Of a DNA stretch of 64,000 nucleotides, positions 1-11,069 are shown piece after piece. Origin of the DNA: Eledone cirrhosa (Eukaryota); NCBI GenBank assembly GCA_964016885.1, contig OZ024743.1, positions 290,532,001 through 290,596,000 on the forward strand. Direction: 5' to 3'. Within the stretch, counting starts at the first letter, position 1. Each line of letters opens with the position of its first letter. The translations under genes were made by a program, and so were the position numbers. The notes beneath the pieces were generated by a model. The model saw only the letters and a program-made list of their open reading frames with translations. It did no database searches and was not told where the DNA came from.

Positions 1-360
1 GTTTACACCCTTTCTGCTCAATGGGAAATAGGTCATTTGTTATCAGGTGGTCATATGTGTATTCAGTTAGGACTGATGTTAAAATTTTATACATTGTGGT
101 CAAGCAAGTTATCGGTCTGTAATTTTGGGGATTGTTTGTCTCATCATTCTTCGGAAGCAGGAATGTAAGGCCGTTAACTAGCCATGATGGTATCTTTTCT
201 GGCTCCTTAACTATTTCATTGTAAAGTTGGGCTAACAGCTCATGAGACTCTGTGAAGGCATTTATCCAAAAGTTTTGTATTTTGTCTTTTCCTGGGGATT
301 TCCATTTGCTGGTTTTTCTTAGAGCCAAGCGCAACTGTTCAACTGTTATATTTTCCCATG
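1..360 (-). mobile_element. 5'-truncated R4/Dong-like non-LTR retrotransposon (second family), RT N-terminal part, runs off the window start
   Basis: Manual minus-strand translation is open: WENITVEQLRLALRKTSKWKSPGKDKIQNFW...PSWLVNGLTFLLPK...NYRPITCLTTMYKILTS...EQKGCK. This is homologous to, but clearly diverged from, the RT at 879-2582. Confidence 0.85.
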
Positions 361-391
361 TTTTATTACTATTATTATTATTATTGTTGTT
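361..391. repeat. short (TAA/TTA)n tract between the two Dong-like elements
   Basis: ttattactattattattattattgttgtt. Confidence 0.8.
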
Positions 392-3300
392 ATTCCTTGA
401 ATCTCAGTCATTGATGTTGGTTAACTGGAAAGTCCGTTGGATTGAATATCAAGCCACTACCTGCAGCCTCAGATATTCAGGACGTATCGGAGGGTTCTTT
501 CTGTTCCAAACTAGCATGCCTTTTGAAGCGTTCCAAAAAGCGTGAAGGGGCCGATTTTCTTTAACCATCCCTGGAAACTTTTGGAGATAGTCCCCAGTGC
601 GCCTATGACAATCGAGATCACTTTGACTTCATGGCAGTTCCAAATCCTTTTCACCTCCCACTTTAGGCCTGGTATCGGTTAATTTTCTCCCTCTCCTTCT
701 CTTGCACTCTCGTGTCGAATGGGCAGGCCACATCCACAATCAGACACGACCTTTTTTCTTTGTCCACAACCACCAGGTCAGGTCTATTGTGTTCCAGTTT
801 TTTGTCCGTCTGTATCCTAAAATCCCACAGCACCTTCACCTGATTGTTCTCCATCACCGCCTCTGGCCTATGCTCATACTATTTCTCAGAATGTGGTAAA
901 TTGTTTACTTTGCACAGGTGCCAGTGGATCACCCTGCCCATCACATCGTGTCTCCAGCCCTTATAGTGGGTCTGAGCTAGGTGTTTACACTCGGACACAA
1001 TGTGAGCCACAGTCTCCTCTCTCTCTCCACAGATCCTGCACAGTGGGCTAGCCTCCTCCTTGTAAATATGGTGCTTCAACCACTTCGTTTTGAGGGCCTG
1101 CTCCTGCGCAGCCATTAGCATTCCTTCTGTAGCCTTTTTGAGGTCTCCTCTTCTCAACCAGTTCCATGTCTGTGGATCTCTAAATTCAGTTTTCTCAAAG
1201 AAGGTACTATGAAGGGATTTTCCCTTAAGGCTGCTCTTCCTCCTTGATGTTATTTCCTCCTTGGACATCCCCTGGCCTACTGTCCCCTCCTTCAGTACAG
1301 TTCTGAGCATTGGCTCCTTACTATAGGTCACGTATTTGTATAGGTTGTTTTTCTCCATCTGAACACAGTCCTCTATGCTGATAAGACCTCTTCCACCCTC
1401 AGATCTCCTTAGGTAGAGTCTATTGACATCACTCCTATTGTGGAACATGTTGTAGATAGTCAATAGCTTCCTAGTCTTCCTATCCATTTCTTTTTGTTCA
1501 GCAACATTACATCTCAGAATTCCCGAACTGTACCTAATAATAGACACAGCTCGGGAATTTACTGCGCTTATGGCATTTCTGCTGTTCAGATGTGACTTCA
1601 ATACGCTCCTTACTCTCCGAATGTATTCAGTTCTTAACAATTCCTTCATTTTTTTGTTCTTTATGCCATCAGCCTCCAGAACGCCCAAATACTTGTATCC
1701 TTCCTCAGAGTCAATTTCCTTTATCATCTCACCTGTTGGTATCTGGATCCCGTTACTTCTGCTCAACCTACCCCTCCTCATCACAATGACTCTATATTTA
1801 CCAATACCAAACTGCATACATATATCACTGCTGAAAATACGGACAGTGTCAACAAGCACATCCAACTCCTTCTCACTTTTCCCGAAGAGCTTAAGATCGT
1901 CCATGAAGAGGAGGTGATTGATGGTAAGCTCTCCCCTTCCCAACTTGTATCCTGCTCTCACTTTTCGCAGCATAATGGTCAAGGGCATCAGGGCAAGGAC
2001 AAACAACAGAGGGGACAGGCTATCTCCCTGGAAGATACCTCTCTTGATCTTCACGCTTCCCAAGGATACTCCAGTTGATGTCAACTCTGTCTCCCAGGAC
2101 CCCATACTCCTGCCTAGCAACATTCTGATGTTATCTGCCACCCTGAAGATCTCCAGGCTTTTGGTGATCCAAGAATGAGGCACCATGTCAAATGCCTTTC
2201 TGTAGTCTATCCATCCCATGGCAAGATCAGTGTGTCTCCTCCTGCAATTCCCCATTACCATCTTATCAATAAGTAACTGGTCCTTTGTACCACGTGACTT
2301 CTTTCGGCATCCTTTCTGTTCGCCCGGTAACAAGTTGTTTGTGTGGAGGTGATGGTAGATTTCCTCAGACACAATGCTCGTCAACAGTTTCCACATTACG
2401 GACAGACATGTGATAGGTCTATAGTTGGTAACATCATTACCCTTGATTCGGTCTTTCATTATCAGAACTGTGGTACCTTTTGTCAACCACTCTGGCACCT
2501 CACCCGACACCAAGCAGTCATTGAACATGGCCGTCAGCTTCGGGTGGAGGGATGTTAAATGTTTAATCCAATACCCCTGCACACCATCTGGGCCTGGTAA
2601 TCACCTGGTAATTTTTTGGCCTGCCCCTTAAGAGTTTCAACTGTGATACTCAAATCAGTTTGTTGTTGTGCCTGCTCACCGATCTCCCTCTGTACTGTCT
2701 CAATCCACCCTGCCTGGACATTATGTCTAACATCCTGCTCCCATATTCCTCTCCAGAATGTTTTAGTTTGCTCCGCCCCAGGGATCAAGTCGTTGCCTCT
2801 TTCTTTCCCCTCAAGCTGTCCAAACAGCATCTTCTGGTTGTTGTCGAACATGCGGTTCTGTTTATACTGACTGACTCTGTTCTCGTATCGCCTGATTTTT
2901 GCACTCTTTGCTACAATGCGTTGCTTCAGTTCCTCTATGATAATATTTAGCTTTTTCCTCCTAGTTTTGTATTTTATTTCCAGTCTATTTTTAGTGCCTA
3001 TGTTTTTTAGTGTCCCATTCAGTAGTGACTCAAGCTTTCCTATGTCATTTCTCATTTCCCCGATTTGCCCACTCAGTCGCTTCTTCCACCACGGCTCTGC
3101 TCTTTCTTGTCTGTTGTTTCCTCTCACTTTTATATCAAGCAGTTTCCTCACCGTATTTGCTGTTGCTTTGAGGATATTGTTGCACTGGTGAAGGCTCCTC
3201 GCCTCAAGGTATGGGATGACTTTGTTTACCTTAGCTGTTGTTTCTTTTAACTTTTTCCTGTCTACAAATCTTAGGTTCATAGGTCTCCCACTATCATTGT

Positions 3301-3694
3301 TCAATTCATCTACCACTAAATTTAGGATGTCAACCGAATCTTGTCCTAGCCCGTCAGCATTCATCTCCTCAGTGGCCGTATCTCTGTTCCAGGTATTATT
3401 TATCTCAGTATTCAGATCATTGTCTGCTTCGGGTGGTTCCTCCGTTCTCAGGAACTCTTCACCTTCATTTCCCACTGGCTCGCTTGTCTGGCATACTACA
3501 ACCGCCATCTCCAAGCCATTCTCTCTGCTCAGTTCCTCCAGTTCCAGCTCGCTTATCCACCCATTAGTTCTTATTACCCGAGCCTGCCCGGCCAATTTTT
3601 GTTCATCTAATTTAAATAAACCAATCTCGTTCCAGATGTTATGCATCCGTCTCCTGTAGCCCCTCTCCTTGGGGTCACTTTTCAGGTAACATTG

Positions 3695-3696
<2 letters not shown>
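392..3696 (-). mobile_element. near full-length R4/Dong-clade non-LTR retrotransposon (RT + CCHC knuckle + restriction-like endonuclease), frameshifted
   Basis: ORF pieces 2555-3697, 879-2582 and 663-857. Motifs: NYRPITCL, IDYRKAFDMV, GIFQGDSLSP, LFMDD, YKYLG, CRICGEREETVAHIVSEC, RHD, RPDLVVVDK...VDVACP (PD-(D/E)xK). Both ends abut TAA repeats, as is known for Dong/Rex6. Confidence 0.92.
879..2582 (-). pseudogene. RT and zinc-knuckle portion of the Dong-like ORF
   Basis: 567-aa ORF with complete RT motifs. Frameshifts near 2590, 880 and 665 split the original single ORF. Confidence 0.88.

Positions 3697-3787
<91 letters not shown>
3696..3787. repeat. (TAT)n then (TA)n microsatellite
   Basis: Direct reading of the sequence. 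Confidence 0.95.
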
Positions 3788-4148
3788 GTGCGATATATTC
3801 TCATCGTTTTAGTTAATTGTAATATAATATTGTTTCTATCATTTTTACAACCATTACTCAGATATATGTTAATATTTTTCGTCATACCACATTGAAACAA
3901 ATTTGTAAGCATACATTTCTGTAAAAACTTTTTCAAATGATTAATTCGATTTGTCGAAAACAAATTGTGTTTCGTAACATATGAAGTAATTGAAATGAAA
4001 TTTAGTTTCAGTGAAAAAGTTCCCTTTAAAATGATTTATATTCCTGTTAATATACTTAAAATATAGATAATAAATATATATTAAAGAATTGAAGAATATA
4101 TGCACTGACATTTTACATGTAGCAGAAAAATTAATCCCGCTTTATATA

Positions 4149-4185
<37 letters not shown>

Positions 4186-4189
<4 letters not shown>

Positions 4190-4395
4190 CAGCACAGACT
4201 CCACTACAGCAATGAAGAGGCGGATTTTCAGGTCTCTACGAAGGTCTGACTTCCACACCGATCTCAAGCTGTGGCACGCCGCCCTGGCCTTGCTCTTCCT
4301 CTCAACCACATCATCTTCCGTATTCCCAATCTTTGCTCCCAAATACAGGAAGCCCTCAACCAATTCTAGCGGCTTCCCGCCTACATTAGTGATCC
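4186..4395 (-). mobile_element. RTE-like LINE fragment (RT C-terminal region)
   Basis: VEGFLYLGAKIG...DVVERKSKARAACHSLRSVWKS...LKIRLFIAVVESVL resembles the RTE post-RT region. Confidence 0.7.
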
Positions 4396-5703
4396 CCTCT
4401 ATATATATTTATTAAAATATCAGATTAAAGTTTAAGCAAAGAATCGCTGTTTTCACCCTTAACGGGATCTTCTAAAACTAACAAAGTCAATCTGTAAACG
4501 CAGAAGTGGATATTTCAAAAAGCGTTGCAACCGGAGGAATACCGGAAGACGATACTTTGGTTCGTGGAAACGTTCCCTGGCAAAGAACGGGAAAAAACGA
4601 ATATAATACGTCATTAATAGGAGCGGTGAAAAATAATTACACGCAAAAACAGAACCACGTTTATGGTCTAAAAGAGGTCGTAGACTAATGTTCTCTTAGG
4701 TGGTTCATAGAGAAGTTCTCTCGCCATGAACGAAAATAACGAAGATAATACGTCATATGTGGGGCGTCGAGAACAATTGCAAGCAAAGATTAAACCACGC
4801 AAATGGTATAGCAGAAGTCGTAGACTAAAATACTAACTAGGAGACCGAATGAATCTCCGCTTCAGAGTTAAGAACAAAGTAAATAAATACAATACAGAGG
4901 TAATAGAAATTAAATAAATACATACACGCATACAAATACGTACATACACACGCATACGCGAAAACACTTACCATAGGTATACAAAACTACGCACATATAA
5001 ATATGTGTGTGTGTGTGTGCGTGTATACAAATAAATAAATAATTAAATAAACGTATATAAATAAATAAATACGTATATAACAAGCGTACGCACATACCTA
5101 CATGTAAATACACAAATGTTCGGAGACGTAAGTCAACCAAAACATGAAGTACATATATACACACACCCTACACACGTACGAACCTGCATACTCACACAGA
5201 CGCACATCTCCCGTATACACATATCCAAACCATATGTAGCAGAATATATAAAATGATACGCCATAACATATACAATCAAATATACGTACAAGAACGTATA
5301 CGTACCTTCACAAAACATACAGGTAATATATACTTACCTATGCAAATAAGTAATGGTATAAACAAAACATATACTTAGCTACCACATCAAGACGTAAAAT
5401 ATCCACGTATTGATCGTACTATCCGTTAGGGTATTACGTGGGGCTGTAATACAGGAAAGTTTTGTACAATTTATGTTTACAAGCCGAAATTGCCTCAGAT
5501 TTTTTGTTTAAGATGTGATTAGTGGCGTAGAGTATTCCCAGGGCCTCAGCGGCGCAGAGGTCACATGGTCTTTTATTTCTGTTATACGATCTAGCCCTAG
5601 CTAGGATCTCCCAGTGTAACTTATATTGGGTGTGGTTGTCTTTTAGACTCCAGATATAAGCTGAAAGTGACTTCATATTCCTTCTTAGAGGGTAACGAAA
5701 AGA

Positions 5704-6360
5704 ATGGGCATGCATGTAAAGACGCTGCTTGAAACTATTAACCCACCATATAATATGGAGGTGGCCACACCATTAGCTAAGATCTTTCTTTCCCTTATTA
5801 CGAAGCATTTTCCCCCTACACGTAAATATAGTAACATTTTTAATAGAAATACTATTAACATTTCTTACTCTACGACTCCTAACCTTGCACATAACATCAC
5901 TGCTTCAAATTTAGCTAAACTACCTACCCGTAGGAACACGTTTAACCCTGTAGTTAGTACTAACTGTAATTGTAGGAATCGGGTTGATTGCCCCCTATCC
6001 GGGAAATGCCTCTCTAGTAACATTGTCTACAAATGTAAGGTTGAAACACCCACGTCCCGTAAGGCCTACATAGGGTTAACCGCCAATAGTTTCAAGCAGC
6101 GTCTTTACATGAATACCCATTCTTTTCGTTACCCTCTAAAAAGGAATATGACGTCACTTTCAGCTTATATCTGGAGTCTGAAAGACAACCACACCGAATA
6201 TAAGTTACACTGGGAGATCCTAGCTAGGGCTAGATCGTATAACAGAAATAAAAGACCATGTGACCTCTGCGCCGCTGAGGCCCTGGAAATACTCTACGCC
6301 ACAGACCACATCTTAAACAAAAAATCTGAGGCAATTTCGGCTTGTAAACATAAATTATAA
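5704..6360 (+). pseudogene. PLE linker + GIY-YIG endonuclease fragment (no RT)
   Basis: NPPYN...CNCRNRVDCPLSGKC...IVYKC...AYIGLT...CDLCAAE...LNKKSE...CKH; homologous to the C-terminus of 8477-10783. Confidence 0.88.
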
Positions 6361-6494
6361 TGACGTATTATATTCGTTTTTTCCCGTTCTTTGCCAGGGA
6401 ACGTTTCCACGAACCAAAGTATCGTCTTCCTGTCTTCCTCCGGTTGGAACGTTTTTTGAAATATCCACTTCTGCGTTTACAGATTGACTTTGTT

Positions 6495-6545
6495 AGTTTC
6501 AGAAGATCCCGTTAAGGGTGAAAGCAGCGATTCTTTTCTTAAACT
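6495..6545 (+). ncRNA. hammerhead-like ribozyme, U4A core variant (family A)
   Basis: agttt CAGAAGA t ccc gttaa ggg t GAA agca-gcgattctt-ttct t aaact. Stem III has one mutation in this copy. Confidence 0.5.
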
Positions 6546-6658
6546 TTAATCTGTTATTTTAATAAATATTTTCTCTATGGTTCTTATATTTTTGATATAT
6601 ATTTATCCTTATCGAGCCCTCTTTAGATTTTAGTCTTCAAATTTATTATTATTACTAT

Positions 6659-6782
<124 letters not shown>

Positions 6783-6944
6783 GTATTAGTTATACTAATT
6801 ATGGTTATGTAAACACAAAACCTTAAGCAGTTGTAAGTATTTTACACACACCCTAAATAGTGGTAGGCAGTAATGTATTACTACCTTATTACCAGTAAGT
6901 TAAGTAGCTCAATGTAAAAACATCAGATGATTTACAGAGCAGTT

Positions 6945-7225
6945 ATATGAAATATAAGAATCAAAGAACTGTTCAAAACATTATTGTGCTTACAGCTGTT
7001 TCCTCCAAACCGAGGTTTGGATTCTTCGGAGCAATTTATTAATGCATGGACAGTTATATGACCTCCTTTTCAGCCGAGAGACATACCAATACATATTCAA
7101 ACATTGATACATATTCAAACATTGTGGGTCAACATTCATTACAGAATTTAGAGTGGCAGTACACACTTCGAGATTACATTTATATTAATAGGTACAATCA
7201 AAAATCAAAGATATAGGTTAAAGTA
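6945..7225 (-). repeat. 3' pseudo-LTR (inverted repeat arm)
   Basis: Reverse complement of 10789-11069, same length, no mismatch seen by eye. Confidence 0.92.
6987..7033 (-). ncRNA. minimal type I hammerhead ribozyme, U4C variant
   Basis: tgct CCGAAGA a tccaaacc-tc-ggtttgga g GAA acagctgt a agca. Palindromic stem III and a GUA cleavage triplet. Confidence 0.7.
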
Positions 7226-8476
7226 CAACATGAAGATAAGTGGTTATATAGTGCAAATGTTATATGTGTGGCACGCATGTGCGTCTTGTTTATATAGTGT
7301 GGCAGAGAGATATGTGTGGTAGAGGCACTTAGGTAGGTAAATAAGAGTGTTAGGTTGGTAGATCTGGTGGCAAAGTCTTTATATGATTGATATAGTCTGT
7401 GTGTGGAGAAATATTATAAGCATTAAAGATAGTGCAAGCATTAAAAAGTGTTATAAGTATTGGAGATGCACAGCGCAGGGATGTCAAGTAATTCATGTAC
7501 TTCGGCATTTTCATGGTCAAGGGAGTGTATATTTCGATTATATGCCTTTCATATAATCACGACAATCCAGTTAGAGATCGTAGTCTGGTGTTCTTTAGTT
7601 CGATACAGGAGGTTGTTACGTTTCGAGAAACGCCATTGAATACCGGAAGTGTGTGTGTGGCTAAGGGGAGTTAATGCATGCGGGGAGGTAACTCTGGGGT
7701 TTCTATATCTAGCCATTAAAATGTGTCCCAATATAGACCCTAAATTCTATGGTGAGGTGCACCTTCCAAGAGAGACTTTTAAAGCATAAAGTGTACTAAC
7801 TATAGAGTAGTTTAACTAAATTATGCTGAAGGTGATCATATTATTATTAAGGTGGATTAACCCATCTTAAGGTGCTACAAATGGAAATTATAGATGATGA
7901 GCGAGGATTCTAAATTAATGATCTCTGTGGTTGTAGTCTGCTCATATGACCAGGCGCGGTGATTGCAGGATTGCTTCAGGACCCAATGATCTCTGGTAAG
8001 ATCTGGGTCATCACTTGCTACATTGGATGTCGAAAGATAATCGTCCCCAGGCAGGCCAAAGGTCAATCCGCAGTCCTCGCGACCCCTCTCTGACCGTCAG
8101 ATCATCCATATACGTACAACCCGCACGGCAGTTGCATTGCATTCACTCACTGCGGTCAGCAGCCCGGTCCTACTGGTCAACAGCGCTACTCGATTAAATC
8201 ATTTTACATCTGTCTAAGGAAGGTGTTTCCTCTGCCCAACACCATCCAACCGATCAATTCATGCTCAAATTACCCTTAGAGCGGTGTAGTGCCGTCCAAG
8301 TGGGTGGATGTTGTCACACCTGCCGTAGAGGTATAAATGGGTATTTTCCCCGCGAAGTGTTCCAGAGGGATGTCGTTGTTTGTGTTATAATGGATCAGCT
8401 AGTGTTGGGTATGTAGTATAGGGTGTGTCTCTGGTGTTTGATGCTAGATGTGGTGTTAGGTTCCAGTCCGACAATG

Positions 8477-10783
8477 CTATATATAGGGCTTAAAGTTTTG
8501 GAAGGAATGTCTGAGGCGGTGCTGGCAAGTTGCAAATACCTCAGATTTTTTGTTAAGTAGGTTACGGTTGGAGAAGATAATATTGTGTGTCTCTAGTATA
8601 CAGAGGTTACAGAATTTGTTAGGTGGTTTGTACGAGGTCGCGCTGCCTATCACTTCCCATTTGAGTGTGTATGGTTTATTTTTAGATTTTAGATAGTGTA
8701 TGTAGCTAGAAAGTGAGGTGGAGTTGGCTAGGCTGTGCTTTTTGAACGAGTGGATGTGCGAGTTATATCTGATTTTGAAGCAGTTAGAAGTGGAGCCTAC
8801 ATAGGTTTCTGAAGAGTTATTAGTCGTGACTGTGCATGAGTATATGACATCCTTGGTTAGGCATTTTTTATCTAAAGGGCAGGTTCTATTAGCTCTACAG
8901 TTACAATTATTCTGTGCGTTAGTCCGCTGGTTATAATGCAATGCGGAAGTCTGTGTGGTGGATATAGGATTTTGGGTGTTCGGGTTGACAACCCTGGTGT
9001 TATTACTTATACTAGTGTTATTTCTATTGTTACTGCCGTTGCTATTGTTGCTTGCTACAGTGGTATTTAGAGGGTTTGCATCCCGTTGTGATTTTGTTTG
9101 TTGGAAGTAAGAACTAATTTTACTATTATTGCTGCTAGCTATGTGGTATGCTAAGTTAGGCGTCGTAGAGTAAGAGATTTTAATGGTGTTTTTGTTTAAG
9201 AGGTTGTGGTACTTGTGTCCTAGAGGGAAGTTTTTATCTAGTAGTGAGAAGAAAGCCCTAGGTATGTTGGTGGAGACATTTAGGTTGAAAGGAGGGTTGA
9301 AAAATGTATTATTTCTTCTTCTATTTTTGCTTTTAGTGTTTGGTGTGTTGCTTCCTCCTAAGGCCTCACAGTAGTTTCCATGGTAATGGTTACTTCCGGT
9401 GGCACCCTCCGCTTTGGTGTACTTGTGGTTGCTATTCCTATTATTAGATTTCCTCATGGACATGTTGTGCGAGATGATGTTGTAGCTATGTGTTTTCTTA
9501 GGTAGGAACTCAATTTCTATATTATGGCCGGAGCTAGCTAATGCTTGATTGTAATATTGTGAGTTTTTGCTAAATATGTTTGCGTCATAGGACAGACTAG
9601 AGATTCTATTGGACACCCCCTTAGAGATAGAGTTTAATATTGATCTAGGGTGATTAGACTTGGTATCTACGTAAATAAGTTTCTCATTAGGCTTATGAAA
9701 AGGTGTATATATTTTTGAGTCTAGGTATAGTGTGGCGTCTAGGAAGTTAACATTTTTAGTGTTTTTGTCCATGGTGATACTAAGGTTAAAGTTTTTGAAT
9801 GTCTTATGCAGTTGTTTTCTAGTTCTTTCTATATTAAATGTTTTATATTCTATGAGTAGAAGTGCATCATCGCGGTACAAACCACCGTTGAGGTAAGGGA
9901 GGTCTTTATGGATTTCATTGAGGAGGTATAGGCCGACCAAATCAGTGACCTGCGCCGAGTCACTAGATCCCATGGTTATGTCGAAGTTGTTGTGCGTATC
10001 CTTGCGTGTCCATAGTTGGTCCTCGAAGGTGATTATGGTTTTACGGGCCGCAAGGATGACATCAACCTGGGCTCTAGTCAGGTCGCTATTGGCCATGGCC
10101 ATGATAAGTGCCTTATTTAATAGGATAGGGGAAATAGAGGTGTAGTATGAATTGATATCAAATTGAATAAATTTTTTGTTCTTATTATTCTTGATATCCT
10201 TAAACCATTCAATTACTTCACCCGTATTTCCCCATTGTTTAAGGTGTATCTTGTGTTTAATTTGTGGGATGATTTTATCCAAAATCTTCTTGCTGATAAT
10301 ACCAATGTCGGACTTGGAAGGGCAGATAAGTCTTATCGTGGGGTTGCTGATGAAGTTCTCCTTATGGTCCTTCAGAGAGAATCTAGGGGGGTTCGGAGTG
10401 AAAGGTTGTGTATGCCTCTGTAGTCCTAGTTTAGACACTATATTATAACCCTCTACATTAATATCTTCTAAGTTTTTCAAGGTGGTTTTTTTGTAGCTTT
10501 TATGTAGTTCATTATATATAAACTTTCTATAAGTAATATAATCTAGGCTGTATATGTTATTAGTTTTATCTGCGTGTACAATAATTTTATTACTAGTTTT
10601 GAATCCACTAATAGAAGTGTTAAGTTTGTTTAAGAAGGTGTTGCTTCTGATATGGTGCTTATTGTATTTAATGTTCTTAACTAGTTTAACTAGGTCATTT
10701 TCAAAGGAGTTAAGTAGAGTGTTATGAGGGGGGCTTTTAAAGGTTTTAAAGCCGAAGGAGTCAAAATTGTTAGTATTATTCAA
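8477..10783 (-). CDS. PLE reverse transcriptase + GIY-YIG endonuclease (768 codons; starts at TTG, probably 5'-truncated)
   Basis: FIQFDINSYYTSI, ITMGSSDSAQVTDL, GLYRDDAL, VNFLD, SNHP, CNCRANRTCPLDKKC, VIYSC...TYVGST, CNLCILE, LLNKKSE, CQH. No internal stops. Confidence 0.92.
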   Translation of the reverse strand: MNNTNNFDSFGFKTFKSPPHNTLLNSFENDLVKLVKNIKYNKHHIRSNTFLNKLNTSISGFKTSNKIIVHADKTNNIYSLDYITYRKFIYNELHKSYKKTTLKNLEDINVEGYNIVSKLGLQRHTQPFTPNPPRFSLKDHKENFISNPTIRLICPSKSDIGIISKKILDKIIPQIKHKIHLKQWGNTGEVIEWFKDIKNNKNKKFIQFDINSYYTSISPILLNKALIMAMANSDLTRAQVDVILAARKTIITFEDQLWTRKDTHNNFDITMGSSDSAQVTDLVGLYLLNEIHKDLPYLNGGLYRDDALLLIEYKTFNIERTRKQLHKTFKNFNLSITMDKNTKNVNFLDATLYLDSKIYTPFHKPNEKLIYVDTKSNHPRSILNSISKGVSNRISSLSYDANIFSKNSQYYNQALASSGHNIEIEFLPKKTHSYNIISHNMSMRKSNNRNSNHKYTKAEGATGSNHYHGNYCEALGGSNTPNTKSKNRRRNNTFFNPPFNLNVSTNIPRAFFSLLDKNFPLGHKYHNLLNKNTIKISYSTTPNLAYHIASSNNSKISSYFQQTKSQRDANPLNTTVASNNSNGSNNRNNTSISNNTRVVNPNTQNPISTTQTSALHYNQRTNAQNNCNCRANRTCPLDKKCLTKDVIYSCTVTTNNSSETYVGSTSNCFKIRYNSHIHSFKKHSLANSTSLSSYIHYLKSKNKPYTLKWEVIGSATSYKPPNKFCNLCILETHNIIFSNRNLLNKKSEVFATCQHRLRHSFQNFKPYI

Positions 10784-10788
10784 GTTGT

Positions 10789-11069
10789 TACTTTAACCTA
10801 TATCTTTGATTTTTGATTGTACCTATTAATATAAATGTAATCTCGAAGTGTGTACTGCCACTCTAAATTCTGTAATGAATGTTGACCCACAATGTTTGAA
10901 TATGTATCAATGTTTGAATATGTATTGGTATGTCTCTCGGCTGAAAAGGAGGTCATATAACTGTCCATGCATTAATAAATTGCTCCGAAGAATCCAAACC
11001 TCGGTTTGGAGGAAACAGCTGTAAGCACAATAATGTTTTGAACAGTTCTTTGATTCTTATATTTCATAT
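10789..11069 (+). repeat. inverted 5' pseudo-LTR
   Basis: Reverse complement of 6945-7225; abuts the ORF start. Confidence 0.92.
10981..11027 (+). ncRNA. minimal type I hammerhead ribozyme, U4C variant (antisense to the ORF)
   Basis: tgctccgaagaatccaaacctcggtttggaggaaacagctgtaagca. Confidence 0.7.

Noticed and set aside
702-3659. Plus-strand ORFs over the Dong-like element (likewise 9183-10448 and 29426-31351 over PLEs)
   Set aside because: Antisense shadows of retrotransposon coding sequence.
4506-4688. 60-64 aa ORF apparently conserved with 40400-40594
   Set aside because: Both start at GTG, the similarity follows from being repeat copies, and the copy at ~34490 has indels.
7976-8014. 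SECIS element or selenoprotein PLE
   Set aside because: The ORF has no in-frame TGA and ends in TAG, and the hairpin lacks the SECIS quartet register and AA loop.
8065-8087. Short similarity to 47182-47204 (aatccgcag...gacccct)
   Set aside because: Only 23 nt with a mismatched centre, no extension, and no HHR core at this site.
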